Below are positions 7,269 through 16,129 of a stretch of 64,000 bases of DNA, piece by piece. Positions within the stretch are counted from its first letter, which is position 1; every line of letters starts with the position of its first letter. The position numbers and the translations under genes were made by a program. The notes below the pieces were generated by a model. It saw only the letters and a program-made list of their open reading frames with translations, was not told where the DNA came from and did not search any database. This DNA is from a virus: IMG/VR virus record IMGVR_UViG_3300003322_001323, positions 10,534 to 74,533 of that record; one strand, given 5' to 3'.

Positions 7269-9328
7269 GAGCAGGCTCCCCAATCCGCGCCGCGATCGCT
7301 CTCCACCAGCACCGGCACCTTGAGCTGGATGGCATTCTCCATGATCCGCGTCAGCTCCCGGCCGGCCTCGTCCGCGGCCTTGGTCTTGGCGATGGAGCTG
7401 CCGAGCTCGTCGTGGACGGTAACCAGGAACGGCCCAATTACGTCCAGGATGCCGGCCTCGTGCGCGTCCACCATGGATTTTTTCGTCAGGTCCGCGGAGG
7501 AGCCCTGCATCTTTCGGTTCATTGCCATGTAGGTGTTAACCCGCTCCACCTGGCGCACGCTGTAGCCGCGGTATTTGCGAAAGCCGCGCTGCGCCTCCTC
7601 GCTCGTGATCCAGTAATGCACGGCCTCGGCGCGATCGCGAAACACGGCTGCCGGGATTTTCCGCTGATAGCGCACCGGCCCCCAGAAAGGAAAGCGCTGC
7701 TTGCGGCCCAGGATCGTGGTGACGTAGCCATTGCGCTGCGCCCAGTAGGCGCAGGCATCGAAGGTATCCTTGGTGAAGGGCAGCTTCTCCTCGTACTCGC
7801 GCACAAACTCCTCCGCCTCCTCCACCGAGCATCCGAAGGTGAGCGCCAGCTTGGGCGGCTGGGCGCCATAGCCCTTGGCGAAGTTGGTGTTCTTGACGCG
7901 CTTGCGCTTCTTCGAATCCTCCGGGTCCACGCCCAGCATCTGCGCCGTGAGCTTGTGGTAGTCGGTCTTGGGGTCGTTGCGGTAGGCGTCGCGCGCCTCC
8001 TCCGCGCCGCGACCCACGGCAAAGTGCGCGGTAAAGCGGTACTCGATCTGGCTGAAATCGTCGCGCTGCCACTCCTCCCCCTGCTCGGGTTCGAAAACGC
8101 CGCGCACCAGCGGCGCGATATTTTGATCCTCCTGCCAGTCGGACTCGCGCGCCGGAATGAATTGCATGTTGGGATGCGAGCCGGCAAACCGGCTGAGCGA
8201 GCCGCCCTCGTCGTCCTTGCCCTGCTTGAAGGTCGGATGCACCCGGCCTTTATGCAGGTGGCCTAGAATCTGACCGTCAATGAAGGTCGTTACCAGCGTA
8301 TTGAACTTGCGGCCGTTCAAGAGCACGCGAACCAGGGGGTCGTTTTGATACTGCTCCATGAAGGGCTTGGTTATGGAGGGAGCGTTGGTTTTCTTGGTGC
8401 GCGGTACCTCAATACCCTTTTCTTCCAGCGCCCGATAGAAGCTGAGGGGCTCGGTGAGCTCGGCCTTTGGACCCGCCAGCCGCTTTAGCTCCTTGGTCCA
8501 GCGCGCCACCTCCTTGGTGAAGCGGGCGCGCAGCTTCATAACCTTGGCCTCGTTGACCGGTACGCCGCGCTGGCGCATCTTCACCAGGATCGGGATGAGC
8601 TTGCGCTCCAGCTCGTAGACCGGGAGCTGCTCGTCTGCTTCTAGCAGCGCCAGCTGCTTTTCCAGAATTTGCAGCGGCCGTAGCGCGTCCACTTGCGCGT
8701 AGGGTCCCACCACGCCGGCGGGCATGCGATGAATGTTGCGTTTAACGGCGTCATCGCTGGCGCCGAATCCCAGCGCGCTGGCCGCCTCGCGCAGCAGGTC
8801 CTCGTCCTTGCCGAGCCCCAGATGGGTCTGCGCCACGGCCTCCAGCGAATAGGAATCGCGCCACTCGTCCAGCAAAGGTTCAGCCACCAGCACGTCGTGG
8901 AATACCTTTACGTGGGTAAACTCCACGCCCCAGCAGGTGGAGAGGCCATCCAGGTCGTAGCCCAGCGACGCGCCGACGAGCTCGCCCCGATACTCGCTGG
9001 CAAGCTTCTTCATGAAGCGCTGCACCAGGCCACGGTCCAGGTTGCCGCCGCCCTCGTGGTCGGTGGGCAGGTACCAGGCGCGCCCATCGTCGGTCGCCAG
9101 CGACACGCCTACGGGCTTGGCACCCCAGCGAAAGCCCGGCCCCTTCTCCTGCAGCTCCGGGTCGTGGGTCTCGGTGTCGATCCCCAGGCGCTTGACGCCG
9201 GCCAGGTTGATGGTGTTGAGGTCCGGCGCCACCCACTTGACCTCCGGCTGGAACAGGGCCATCTGGCCCATCTCCGCGGCCTGGAGGTGGCGGCGCGCGC
9301 CGGCGCTCATGCTATTACCGCGGGCCAT
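7265..9328 (-). CDS. polA: Family A DNA polymerase with 3'-5' exonuclease domain (start uncertain)
   Basis: IDTET exo I; DFSQIEYR motif A; KRVKNTNFAKGYG motif B; TVHDEL motif C. Confidence 0.96.
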   Translation of the reverse strand: MARGNSMSAGARRHLQAAEMGQMALFQPEVKWVAPDLNTINLAGVKRLGIDTETHDPELQEKGPGFRWGAKPVGVSLATDDGRAWYLPTDHEGGGNLDRGLVQRFMKKLASEYRGELVGASLGYDLDGLSTCWGVEFTHVKVFHDVLVAEPLLDEWRDSYSLEAVAQTHLGLGKDEDLLREAASALGFGASDDAVKRNIHRMPAGVVGPYAQVDALRPLQILEKQLALLEADEQLPVYELERKLIPILVKMRQRGVPVNEAKVMKLRARFTKEVARWTKELKRLAGPKAELTEPLSFYRALEEKGIEVPRTKKTNAPSITKPFMEQYQNDPLVRVLLNGRKFNTLVTTFIDGQILGHLHKGRVHPTFKQGKDDEGGSLSRFAGSHPNMQFIPARESDWQEDQNIAPLVRGVFEPEQGEEWQRDDFSQIEYRFTAHFAVGRGAEEARDAYRNDPKTDYHKLTAQMLGVDPEDSKKRKRVKNTNFAKGYGAQPPKLALTFGCSVEEAEEFVREYEEKLPFTKDTFDACAYWAQRNGYVTTILGRKQRFPFWGPVRYQRKIPAAVFRDRAEAVHYWITSEEAQRGFRKYRGYSVRQVERVNTYMAMNRKMQGSSADLTKKSMVDAHEAGILDVIGPFLVTVHDELGSSIAKTKAADEAGRELTRIMENAIQLKVPVLVESDRGADWGACS

Positions 9329-9575
9329 TGTGATGATACCGGCAGCCCGGTTCTCCGAAATTGTGATAACGATTTTCACCGCAAGAGGCATCGCAGTTGC
9401 AGCGCTCCGGCAATGTCCTAGAAACCTTGCTAATATAATCGCGCAAACTGCGTACCAGGTTGAAAGCCTTGCGGTGGAGCTGACGCGAGTGCCGATCGCG
9501 CGAGGCCTCGTCTACGAACTTGCGGGCGCAAAACTCGCAGGGCACGCGGCGAATGGATTTGGTGGGCTTAGGCAT
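9315..9575 (-). CDS. C2H2 zinc-finger protein
   Basis: CEFC-x12-H-x4-H with conserved Phe; second Cys/His cluster. Confidence 0.65.
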   Translation of the reverse strand: MPKPTKSIRRVPCEFCARKFVDEASRDRHSRQLHRKAFNLVRSLRDYISKVSRTLPERCNCDASCGENRYHNFGEPGCRYHHNGPR

Positions 9576-10068
9576 GGCGCAGCAGCTGGCGCTCCTCCGG
9601 CGTGAGCATTATCTCTAGGCGATCCAGCACGGTTTTGCTTTGCGCCCAATAATTTTCGGTCGCCAACTTTACCAGCTCGGCGTAATACCAGCGGCCCTTC
9701 TTTAGGTCGTCCTCACCGTTCTTGTTCTGGTAGCGGCGCACGTATTTGAGGGCGTTGCCGGCGGCGAACTCGGGCGCCCAGCCGGATGCTACAATGTAGT
9801 CCCAAGGCTGTATGCCAGCACCGTAATGGGAAGCGCGCTGGCCCACCTCGGCCGCGTCGCCCTTGACCTTCTGGTGTAGCTGCACCTCCAGGTCGTGGAT
9901 GCGGTGTAGCATGGAAGTGATAACCTTGGAGTGCTGGAAGCTCTGCTGGGCTGCGTCCCACGGTTCGCCGTGGCGCAGCCAGCGCGTGCCGCCGCCCACC
10001 AGGTATATAACGGTATATTTTCCGCCATCCAGCTCCACGCGAAAGTCCTCTTGGCCAATGTCGCTCAT
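9568..10068 (-). CDS. DUF3310 (SaV/T7 gp1.7-like) domain protein
   Basis: HY..GIQPWDYI, GNALKYVRRY..KNGEDDLKKGRWY. Confidence 0.85.
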   Translation of the reverse strand: MSDIGQEDFRVELDGGKYTVIYLVGGGTRWLRHGEPWDAAQQSFQHSKVITSMLHRIHDLEVQLHQKVKGDAAEVGQRASHYGAGIQPWDYIVASGWAPEFAAGNALKYVRRYQNKNGEDDLKKGRWYYAELVKLATENYWAQSKTVLDRLEIMLTPEERQLLRHA

Positions 10069-10265
10069 TTCTTGCTCAACTCCACCTCAATCAGGTTGAT
10101 CGGAATGCCGCTCAGGTTGGACGCGGTTCGCAGGCGGTCCTGTGGGGTGCCATCGCGGCCGTCGCGTACGTAGCGCACCGCGGCCGCGAGCAGCTGGGCG
10201 CGTTGTGTCTCCAGGTTTCGGCACATGTCCCGGTCTGGAAAGGTATATATGGCGGTGCTATTCAT
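10065..10265 (-). CDS. Hypothetical protein
   Basis: GGGAG RBS, coupled to neighbours. Confidence 0.55.
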   Translation of the reverse strand: MNSTAIYTFPDRDMCRNLETQRAQLLAAAVRYVRDGRDGTPQDRLRTASNLSGIPINLIEVELSKK

Positions 10266-11214
10266 CGCGATACTCCCTTGGTAATGGGGCTTTGGCCTCG
10301 CCGGGCAGCATCTTGCGATACTGACGCCAGCCGGTGAAGTTGCCGTGCTGTTCTTTGTTCTTCCATTCATACTGGCCGGAGGTTCCATAGCTTTTGAACT
10401 CAAAAGTGTCGGGAGTGGCCTGGTGCTCCGCCGGCGAGGCGTGGATGGGCTCGTCGGGGTTGTAGTATTCCGTGCCGGGAATGTTGAGCCGGGCGTAGGT
10501 GCGCAGGTCCTCGCCCCAGCTGCTCTCCTTGCCGGTCTCGAAGCTGGAGGACGTCACGCGGGCGCAGCGCGCCACCGAGGTGATGCGCAGCCGGCGCTGC
10601 AGCTCCTCCCGGCTCAAATGCTTGGAGCAGTCCTCCCGCTCGCAGGTTAGGCGGTTGGGGTCGGTGGGGCCCACGTAGGGCAGATGCCACTCTCCCGGCG
10701 CCAGGTTAATCGGCACGCTGGCCTTGATCGCCGGCCACATCGCGTCGGCCAGCGCCTTGAACTCCGGCATGGCCATGTGATGGAGGCGCAAGCCGAAAAA
10801 GTTGTCGAAATCGGTAGCAGTGATGACGCCGTGAACCCACATAAACGGCTCCAGTAGCCGATTGGCAAGCTGCTTATGCAGTCCAAGAGCAGCTAACTGC
10901 TCCGCGTGCTCTACAGCTGATTGCGCGGCTCTATGCCATTCGTCCTTAGCGCAATTCAATGCTTCACCAGTCAATTCTTCCGCCGCCTGCATGCCGGCCT
11001 GGTTCTTTCCCCAGAAGACGGGCATGGCGGGGTTGGTGCGAACCTCCTCCAGCAGCTTCTTTACCGGCACGGCGCGCGAGCTCCGGTAGTTGCGGCTCAG
11101 CATGCGGTGCGTGTTGATTTCCGCCAGAATGAAGCGGTGCGCCGTGACCTGGACCGTGGTGAGCCGGACGCCGGCCGGCGAGAGGCTGTCGCAGATAACC
11201 TGGGCCTGAATCAC
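10258..11214 (-). CDS. thyX: FAD-dependent thymidylate synthase, phage type
   Basis: AEINTHRMLSRNYRSSRA (xHRxxSxxxxSxR), HKQLANRLLEPF, NFFGLR, HASPAEH. Confidence 0.88.
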   Translation of the reverse strand: MIQAQVICDSLSPAGVRLTTVQVTAHRFILAEINTHRMLSRNYRSSRAVPVKKLLEEVRTNPAMPVFWGKNQAGMQAAEELTGEALNCAKDEWHRAAQSAVEHAEQLAALGLHKQLANRLLEPFMWVHGVITATDFDNFFGLRLHHMAMPEFKALADAMWPAIKASVPINLAPGEWHLPYVGPTDPNRLTCEREDCSKHLSREELQRRLRITSVARCARVTSSSFETGKESSWGEDLRTYARLNIPGTEYYNPDEPIHASPAEHQATPDTFEFKSYGTSGQYEWKNKEQHGNFTGWRQYRKMLPGEAKAPLPREYRDE

Positions 11215-11711
11215 TTCTTGCGCTCCTTGCGAAAGAGGGTAGTTTTCGGTCCAAGCTCGGTAAGCGGCGCCGTAACCTCGCCCCGATGGATTTTTTCCAC
11301 CGTCTCCTGCACGGTGGCGTAAACCTGGAAGGCCACGTTGTTGGCGCGCTCCACCGTAACGAACCGGGCAAGCTTGTACTGCTCCGGGGTCAGCTTCTTC
11401 TGCTCCTTCGTTTCCGGCGCCATGTCCATGAAGCCACTGGCATAGGCCATGCCGGCGGCGAACAGCGCGCCAATGAAGACAGCATCGCCCGTGGGAATAT
11501 CAATATCCATGGCCTCCCGAATTTCCTCCAACGACCGTTTTACGGCCGGCAGGCGCTGCAAAATGTCAATGGCCGCGGTGGCCACGGCGGTTGCCTTGCG
11601 GTCCAGGCCGCCCTGCGCCTCGATCTGCTCGCGCACCTGCTGCCTGAACGCCTCCTGCCGCAGCTCGGGTGGAATGTCCTCCAGCAGCTTCTTGATAAAA
11701 TCCGGGTTCAT
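11211..11711 (-). CDS. Hypothetical protein
   Basis: AGGAG RBS before ATG 11711. Confidence 0.7.
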   Translation of the reverse strand: MNPDFIKKLLEDIPPELRQEAFRQQVREQIEAQGGLDRKATAVATAAIDILQRLPAVKRSLEEIREAMDIDIPTGDAVFIGALFAAGMAYASGFMDMAPETKEQKKLTPEQYKLARFVTVERANNVAFQVYATVQETVEKIHRGEVTAPLTELGPKTTLFRKERKK

Positions 11712-11721
11712 ATGAGTTCTC

Positions 11722-12264
11722 CTATGGGCTCTGCTTAATGAATATCTGGCCGCCATAAACCTTCTGCGCCCGGGACATGCGGCGCGCGTCCTCTAAGCCC
11801 AGGCCCAGAAGCAACGAGGGAAACCACTTTTGCTCAAAGGGCTTTCCGGTCGGCTTGTAGAAGGTCAGGCGGTGGTCGGGAAACCAGATGGCCGCGCTAT
11901 GCTCCATGATGAGCTGCGTCGCCCGGGTCTCGGTGGAGCGCCCGTTGAGCAGCGCTATCCCACTACGCTGCTCTATAAATTTTTTCGCCCACCGCAGCAC
12001 GCCGCGATAGGGCGGATTCATGAACACCCGGTCGCTCTCCCGCCACGGATACTCCAAGCCGCAAAGCGTCGCCGGATGGTAGAAACCCTTACGCGCCTTC
12101 CTAGCGCTGCCATCGGTCAACATCAACCGCGCAGTCCGCCACGGCATCTGCGGCGGGCAGCACGGGTCCAGGTCAAACGGCCCGAGCAGCTTCACCAGCT
12201 CCGGATCGGTGAGGTAGGTGTTGGACCAGTTCTGCTGGTCGGAATAGGGCTTGGCGTCAGGCAT
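11722..12264 (-). CDS. Phage DNA N6-adenine methyltransferase
   Basis: LGPFDLDPC and VFMNPPY motifs. Confidence 0.85.
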   Translation of the reverse strand: MPDAKPYSDQQNWSNTYLTDPELVKLLGPFDLDPCCPPQMPWRTARLMLTDGSARKARKGFYHPATLCGLEYPWRESDRVFMNPPYRGVLRWAKKFIEQRSGIALLNGRSTETRATQLIMEHSAAIWFPDHRLTFYKPTGKPFEQKWFPSLLLGLGLEDARRMSRAQKVYGGQIFIKQSP

Positions 12265-12724
12265 GCTGTCTCCAGGTATCCAGAGGCACACCCCTCAAAT
12301 ATACAAAGCTCCCCCTGCTCCGCTGCCAAAGGCTCCGCGAAGCGCTATCGTGGGCGTAGGGCTCGCGGAACACAATTCGCTTGCAGCCCGTATTCATCAG
12401 CAGCTTGACGCAGTGCAGGCAGGGGGAGTGTGTGGTGAAGCAGGTAAAGATGCGTCGCACGTCGGGGCACTTGAGCAGCGCGTTGGCCTCGGCGTGAATG
12501 GCCTCGCACAGCTCCAGGCCGGTGCCGGGCGCGCAATTGGCGCCGGCGCAAGGCGTATCAATGCAGTGCGGCATGCCGCTGGCCGGGCCGTTGTAGCCCG
12601 AGCTCAGCTCCACCCCGTCCACGTCAAACAGCACGCAGCCCACCTGCCGGCGAGCGCAGGTGCCGCGATCGGCCCACACGGCCGCCAGGCTCAAGCCGGT
12701 GTCGTCCTTGCTGATCCGACTCAC
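12257..12724 (-). CDS. dCMP deaminase
   Basis: CARRQVG, GYNG, HAEANA, SPCLHC; GTG overlaps upstream TGA. Confidence 0.93.
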   Translation of the reverse strand: MSRISKDDTGLSLAAVWADRGTCARRQVGCVLFDVDGVELSSGYNGPASGMPHCIDTPCAGANCAPGTGLELCEAIHAEANALLKCPDVRRIFTCFTTHSPCLHCVKLLMNTGCKRIVFREPYAHDSASRSLWQRSRGSFVYLRGVPLDTWRQHA

Positions 12725-13620
12725 GCGAACAGCTCTCCGAGGAAGTGGCTTGATTGCAACGACCATTGCCCCCGCGCGCAGGCCAAGAGGTGGGAAATCA
12801 GGTCGTCGCTTGACTGGAACTCGGCGAGGTTGAGCGAGCGTAGCGCGGGATTGCTCGCCTCGTTAAGGCAGGCCCGCGCACCCTCCAGGTCCACCTGGTA
12901 GAGGTGCTGCGAGCCGGCGGTGAGGGTGAGGTAGCCCAGCTGGAGCTCTTGAAGTGCTTCCAGATGACTGGTGGCTTCTTGAATGGTTTGCCCGTAGCAT
13001 GAGCTCATTGGAACGTCACCAACATTTTGCAGGAATTTAGTGGCGCGCTGTCGTAGTTCTAGCGCCACCACGGCCGCGGCCATTGAGAAGTTGAAGACGT
13101 CGTAGACCCAGCCGGTCCAGATGTCGGAGGAGCGCATGGTGGCAACGCAGTGAAGCTTGCCGCCGCGAATGAGGAACTGCCACGAGAGCGTGCAGGGCGT
13201 ATCCTTGCTCGGGCGGGGCTGCTCGCGCCAGATGTTCACCACCGCCTGGCGCGAAGCCGGGTCCTTGATGAGGGTGTCCACCACGAAGGAGAGTTGGTCC
13301 ACGAACTTGGGCCCATAGGCGCCGAAGTAGCGCCGGCCGTCGTCGCTCAGCTCCTTGATGGCTTTGGCATAGGGCGCGATCGTGGCGACGCGATTGTCGC
13401 CGGACAGAATCCAGGCGGCCTCGGCGCACATGAACTTGTAGCCGAGCTTGCGCGCTGGTGAAATCACCACGGGATGCTCCATTGGGATCACGGTCTGGTA
13501 GCCGATCAGCTCCCGGTTCTCGCGGCCGCGCCACGCGGCGCCAGCCGACATGGGTGATACCCGGACGCCGCTGTGCATCAGGTCCAGCAATGCTTTCTTC
13601 CAAATCAGGGTGGTGGTCAC
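12721..13620 (-). CDS. ThyA-fold pyrimidine C5 transferase, dCMP-type (methylase/hydroxymethylase)
   Basis: AEAAWILSG, GAYG, SRQA, DTPCT, MRSSDIWTGWVYD (Asp at ThyA Asn177 position), SQHLY. Confidence 0.88.
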   Translation of the reverse strand: MTTTLIWKKALLDLMHSGVRVSPMSAGAAWRGRENRELIGYQTVIPMEHPVVISPARKLGYKFMCAEAAWILSGDNRVATIAPYAKAIKELSDDGRRYFGAYGPKFVDQLSFVVDTLIKDPASRQAVVNIWREQPRPSKDTPCTLSWQFLIRGGKLHCVATMRSSDIWTGWVYDVFNFSMAAAVVALELRQRATKFLQNVGDVPMSSCYGQTIQEATSHLEALQELQLGYLTLTAGSQHLYQVDLEGARACLNEASNPALRSLNLAEFQSSDDLISHLLACARGQWSLQSSHFLGELFA

Positions 13621-14630
13621 AGCTGCAATGCCTCCTTTAACAGGGCTTGATATTTTTCGGGATGGCCGGCCTGGAAGCGGCGCGCCCACTGGGGATGCGG
13701 TACGTTGACCGCGTTGGGAAATCCCAATTCCTCAACGCTCCGCGCCGCGATGCCGCCCAGCGCAATCACGCGCGTGGTAGCGGAGAGGTAATCGCGCAGG
13801 AACGGCAGCCAGCGCTCGGGTGCGAGGGCGTTGGTCCATAGGGCCTGATCCTCGCAGAACTTTAGGTCGCGCAGGTGCGCATTCAGGTAGCTGGCCGAGC
13901 TCGGCGCGTCGCTCCACAGGAACGGCGCGGCGCGCGGGCAGGCCCGGGGCGAGAGGCCCTCGCCCACGAATAGGTATTTGGGATCGCGTGGGTTGCCGGT
14001 GAGATTTCCGGTGGGAGCTAGAAAGTCCCCACCAATGTCGCGCTGCAGCGCCCTCATACGACCCACGATGGTATCCATGCTGAGGCCCAGCATCTTGGGC
14101 GAGAGGCCCGCCACCTCGAAGTCGTACACCAGCACGTCATCGCGCAACGGATAATCCTGGAACTGGGTAAGCTGCTGATAATACCATTTACCACCCGCCG
14201 CCAGGTTGCCGTCGGCCAGGTCCAGGTAGCGCTGCGCCACCATCTCGATGCGAGCGAACTTCTCCCTGCGGCTATTCTTCAACTCCTCAAAATGGTGCAT
14301 GTGCCTAGCGAAGTCGTGCCGCACGCAGAGCACCGTCACCGCACCGTAGCGCATCAAAGCACGATCTAGGCATCTTGCGCCTAGATCGTACTTTGGCCCG
14401 CCGCGGAAGGTGTCGCCATATATCTGCTCGGAGAGCCAGAGCCGGTCAATGACCACCAGCCGCTTCTGGCTCATCTTGATGGCCAGGTCCACGGTCGCCA
14501 GGTGACGGAGCCAGATGTTGGGCCAGAGGCCGTTGTGGATATAGAAGGCGCCGTAGCGCTTAACCAGCTCGCGCGCGAGCGTGGTCTTGCCCGTGCCGTC
14601 GGCACCCTCTAGAACGATGATCCCACGCAT
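13617..14630 (-). CDS. dNMP kinase (P-loop) fused to uracil-DNA-glycosylase-like domain
   Basis: LEGADGTGKT, IDRLWLSEQIYG; C-terminal LFVGE, PF, WTNA, IALG..A, VPHP. Confidence 0.8.
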   Translation of the reverse strand: MRGIIVLEGADGTGKTTLARELVKRYGAFYIHNGLWPNIWLRHLATVDLAIKMSQKRLVVIDRLWLSEQIYGDTFRGGPKYDLGARCLDRALMRYGAVTVLCVRHDFARHMHHFEELKNSRREKFARIEMVAQRYLDLADGNLAAGGKWYYQQLTQFQDYPLRDDVLVYDFEVAGLSPKMLGLSMDTIVGRMRALQRDIGGDFLAPTGNLTGNPRDPKYLFVGEGLSPRACPRAAPFLWSDAPSSASYLNAHLRDLKFCEDQALWTNALAPERWLPFLRDYLSATTRVIALGGIAARSVEELGFPNAVNVPHPQWARRFQAGHPEKYQALLKEALQL

Positions 14631-14631
14631 C

Positions 14632-14820
14632 TCAGTCCTTCGGCCCAATCAGGTTGAGGCTCAGCTTGACGCCCTCCGGCGCGCCGTCCACCTTGGCGAA
14701 GCCGCCGGTGCTCGCGATCATGCGCGACTTGCCGGTGCCGCTCAGCGGCGCGGCCTTCACCTGCTCGGCGCTGCACGGAATGCGCACCACCACCTCGCCG
14801 TTTTCGTATGCGATCTTCAT
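14632..14820 (-). CDS. Small conserved phage protein
   Basis: GGGAG RBS; SGTGKSRMIASTGG. Confidence 0.75.
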   Translation of the reverse strand: MKIAYENGEVVVRIPCSAEQVKAAPLSGTGKSRMIASTGGFAKVDGAPEGVKLSLNLIGPKD

Positions 14821-14865
14821 TTAATTCTCCCAGCTCTGCTTCGAGGCTAAACCCTAACCTCTCGG

Positions 14866-14881
14866 GTAAACAAAAGTAAAC
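14866..14881 (-). promoter_or_regulatory. Tandem GTAAAC box (GTAAA-N5-GTAAA)
   Basis: Intergenic direct repeat with 10-bp period; same hexamer at four other intergenic sites. Confidence 0.55.
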
Positions 14882-14886
14882 ATCGT

Positions 14887-15375
14887 TTATTCGCCGACCC
14901 GGAAGCGCGCGGCGTGCCGCTCCAGCGCCGGCGCGTGATCCGGCGGCACAAAGTCAACCGGCTTCACCACGTCTAGGCTGTGTCCGCGAGTCGATCTTTC
15001 GTCGCTCGCGGACACGGCGCGCTCCTTGCTCATGTTGGCGCGCTGCACCTCGGCAAAGACCTCGTTGAGCGGAACGCCCATCATGTGCGCCGTGCCATCC
15101 AGAACATATTTCAGGTCGGCCAGTGCATCGGCGCCGCCCTCAAGGTCCTGCTGCGCTGGGTCCACGGGGTAGCTCTCGATGCTGCGGCTCATGTTCTGCA
15201 GCTGCACGCCAAGCCGGATCATGCCGCAGGCCTGCGCAAACTCGGCGAGCTCCTCCAGCAGAAAGGCCATGCGAAAGCGAACCACGTCATCGGTCGGAAA
15301 GCCCGGCGGGGTACCATCGGCCACCGCCAGCCCAAACTTCTTGTGAAACTCACCCACGGCCGTGAAGGTATCCAT
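14887..15375 (-). CDS. MazG-like (DR2231/PRA-PH) nucleotide pyrophosphohydrolase
   Basis: EFHKKFG, LLEELAEF, DALADLKYV, EVQRANMSK, VVKP. Confidence 0.88.
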   Translation of the reverse strand: MDTFTAVGEFHKKFGLAVADGTPPGFPTDDVVRFRMAFLLEELAEFAQACGMIRLGVQLQNMSRSIESYPVDPAQQDLEGGADALADLKYVLDGTAHMMGVPLNEVFAEVQRANMSKERAVSASDERSTRGHSLDVVKPVDFVPPDHAPALERHAARFRVGE

Positions 15376-15380
15376 AGCTC

Positions 15381-15920
15381 TTATCTCCGATTTAGAACGT
15401 TGATGATTTCGACCTCGCTGATGGGACGATAGTCGGCGTAGTCGCAGTCCACGCCCACGTCCAGGAAGGTGCAGCCTTCCAGCCGGGGCGAGTGCAGCTC
15501 GGGTCGGCCCTTACGGCCGTGCAGGTGCCCGTGCAGCACCAGGCCGGAGCCCATCGGGGCGTGCAGGTGGAGCCGATAGGGGTCATGGATCAGATGCGCC
15601 GGCGTACCGTTGGCCAGCGTCAGGGTCCGGTAATGGAAGACCTCACCCCAGCCGTTCGCCTTGTAGACATCGCGGTGATCGTGGTTGCCGATGCCCAGAT
15701 GCTTGCGGCCCTTGAGACCGGCCAGCACCTGCTCCAGGTCGCGCCGGCGCCAGTAGAGCGCCACGTCGCCCAGCACCCAGACGTCATCGGCGTCGCCCAC
15801 GGTGTCGTTCCACCGCTGCGTCAGCTGTTCCGTCATGTGGGCCAGGTCGCGAAATGGCCGCTCGCAGTAGTCAATGATCTTGTCGTGACCGAAATGGAGG
15901 TCGGAGGTAAAATAGTTCAT
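15381..15920 (-). CDS. Calcineurin-like metallophosphoesterase
   Basis: SDLHFGH, LGD, GNHD, HGHLH, DVGVD. Confidence 0.92.
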   Translation of the reverse strand: MNYFTSDLHFGHDKIIDYCERPFRDLAHMTEQLTQRWNDTVGDADDVWVLGDVALYWRRRDLEQVLAGLKGRKHLGIGNHDHRDVYKANGWGEVFHYRTLTLANGTPAHLIHDPYRLHLHAPMGSGLVLHGHLHGRKGRPELHSPRLEGCTFLDVGVDCDYADYRPISEVEIINVLNRR

Positions 15921-16129
15921 CCGTCCACCATCTTCGTTAGATGCCGCGCCCGCGCCGTTTCGCCACCTACATCGTGGAATGGACACGCCTTCTTGTGCGA
16001 GCCGCGCTGATAATAGTTCGCGCCGTTATAACCGCAAAAGACGCAGGGCGCCGCCAGCAGATTGCTAGCTAATACTGGCTCTAGCAACCGATCCAGTATG
16101 GCCTTAGCCTGTTTATTCAGCAGCTTCAC
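15917..16129 (-). CDS. Small zinc-binding hypothetical protein
   Basis: CVFC...H..AC; coupled. Confidence 0.6.
   Translation of the reverse strand: MKLLNKQAKAILDRLLEPVLASNLLAAPCVFCGYNGANYYQRGSHKKACPFHDVGGETARARHLTKMVDG

Noticed and set aside
12721-13620. Ordinary thyA
   Set aside because: Asp rather than Asn at the specificity position, and ThyX is already present
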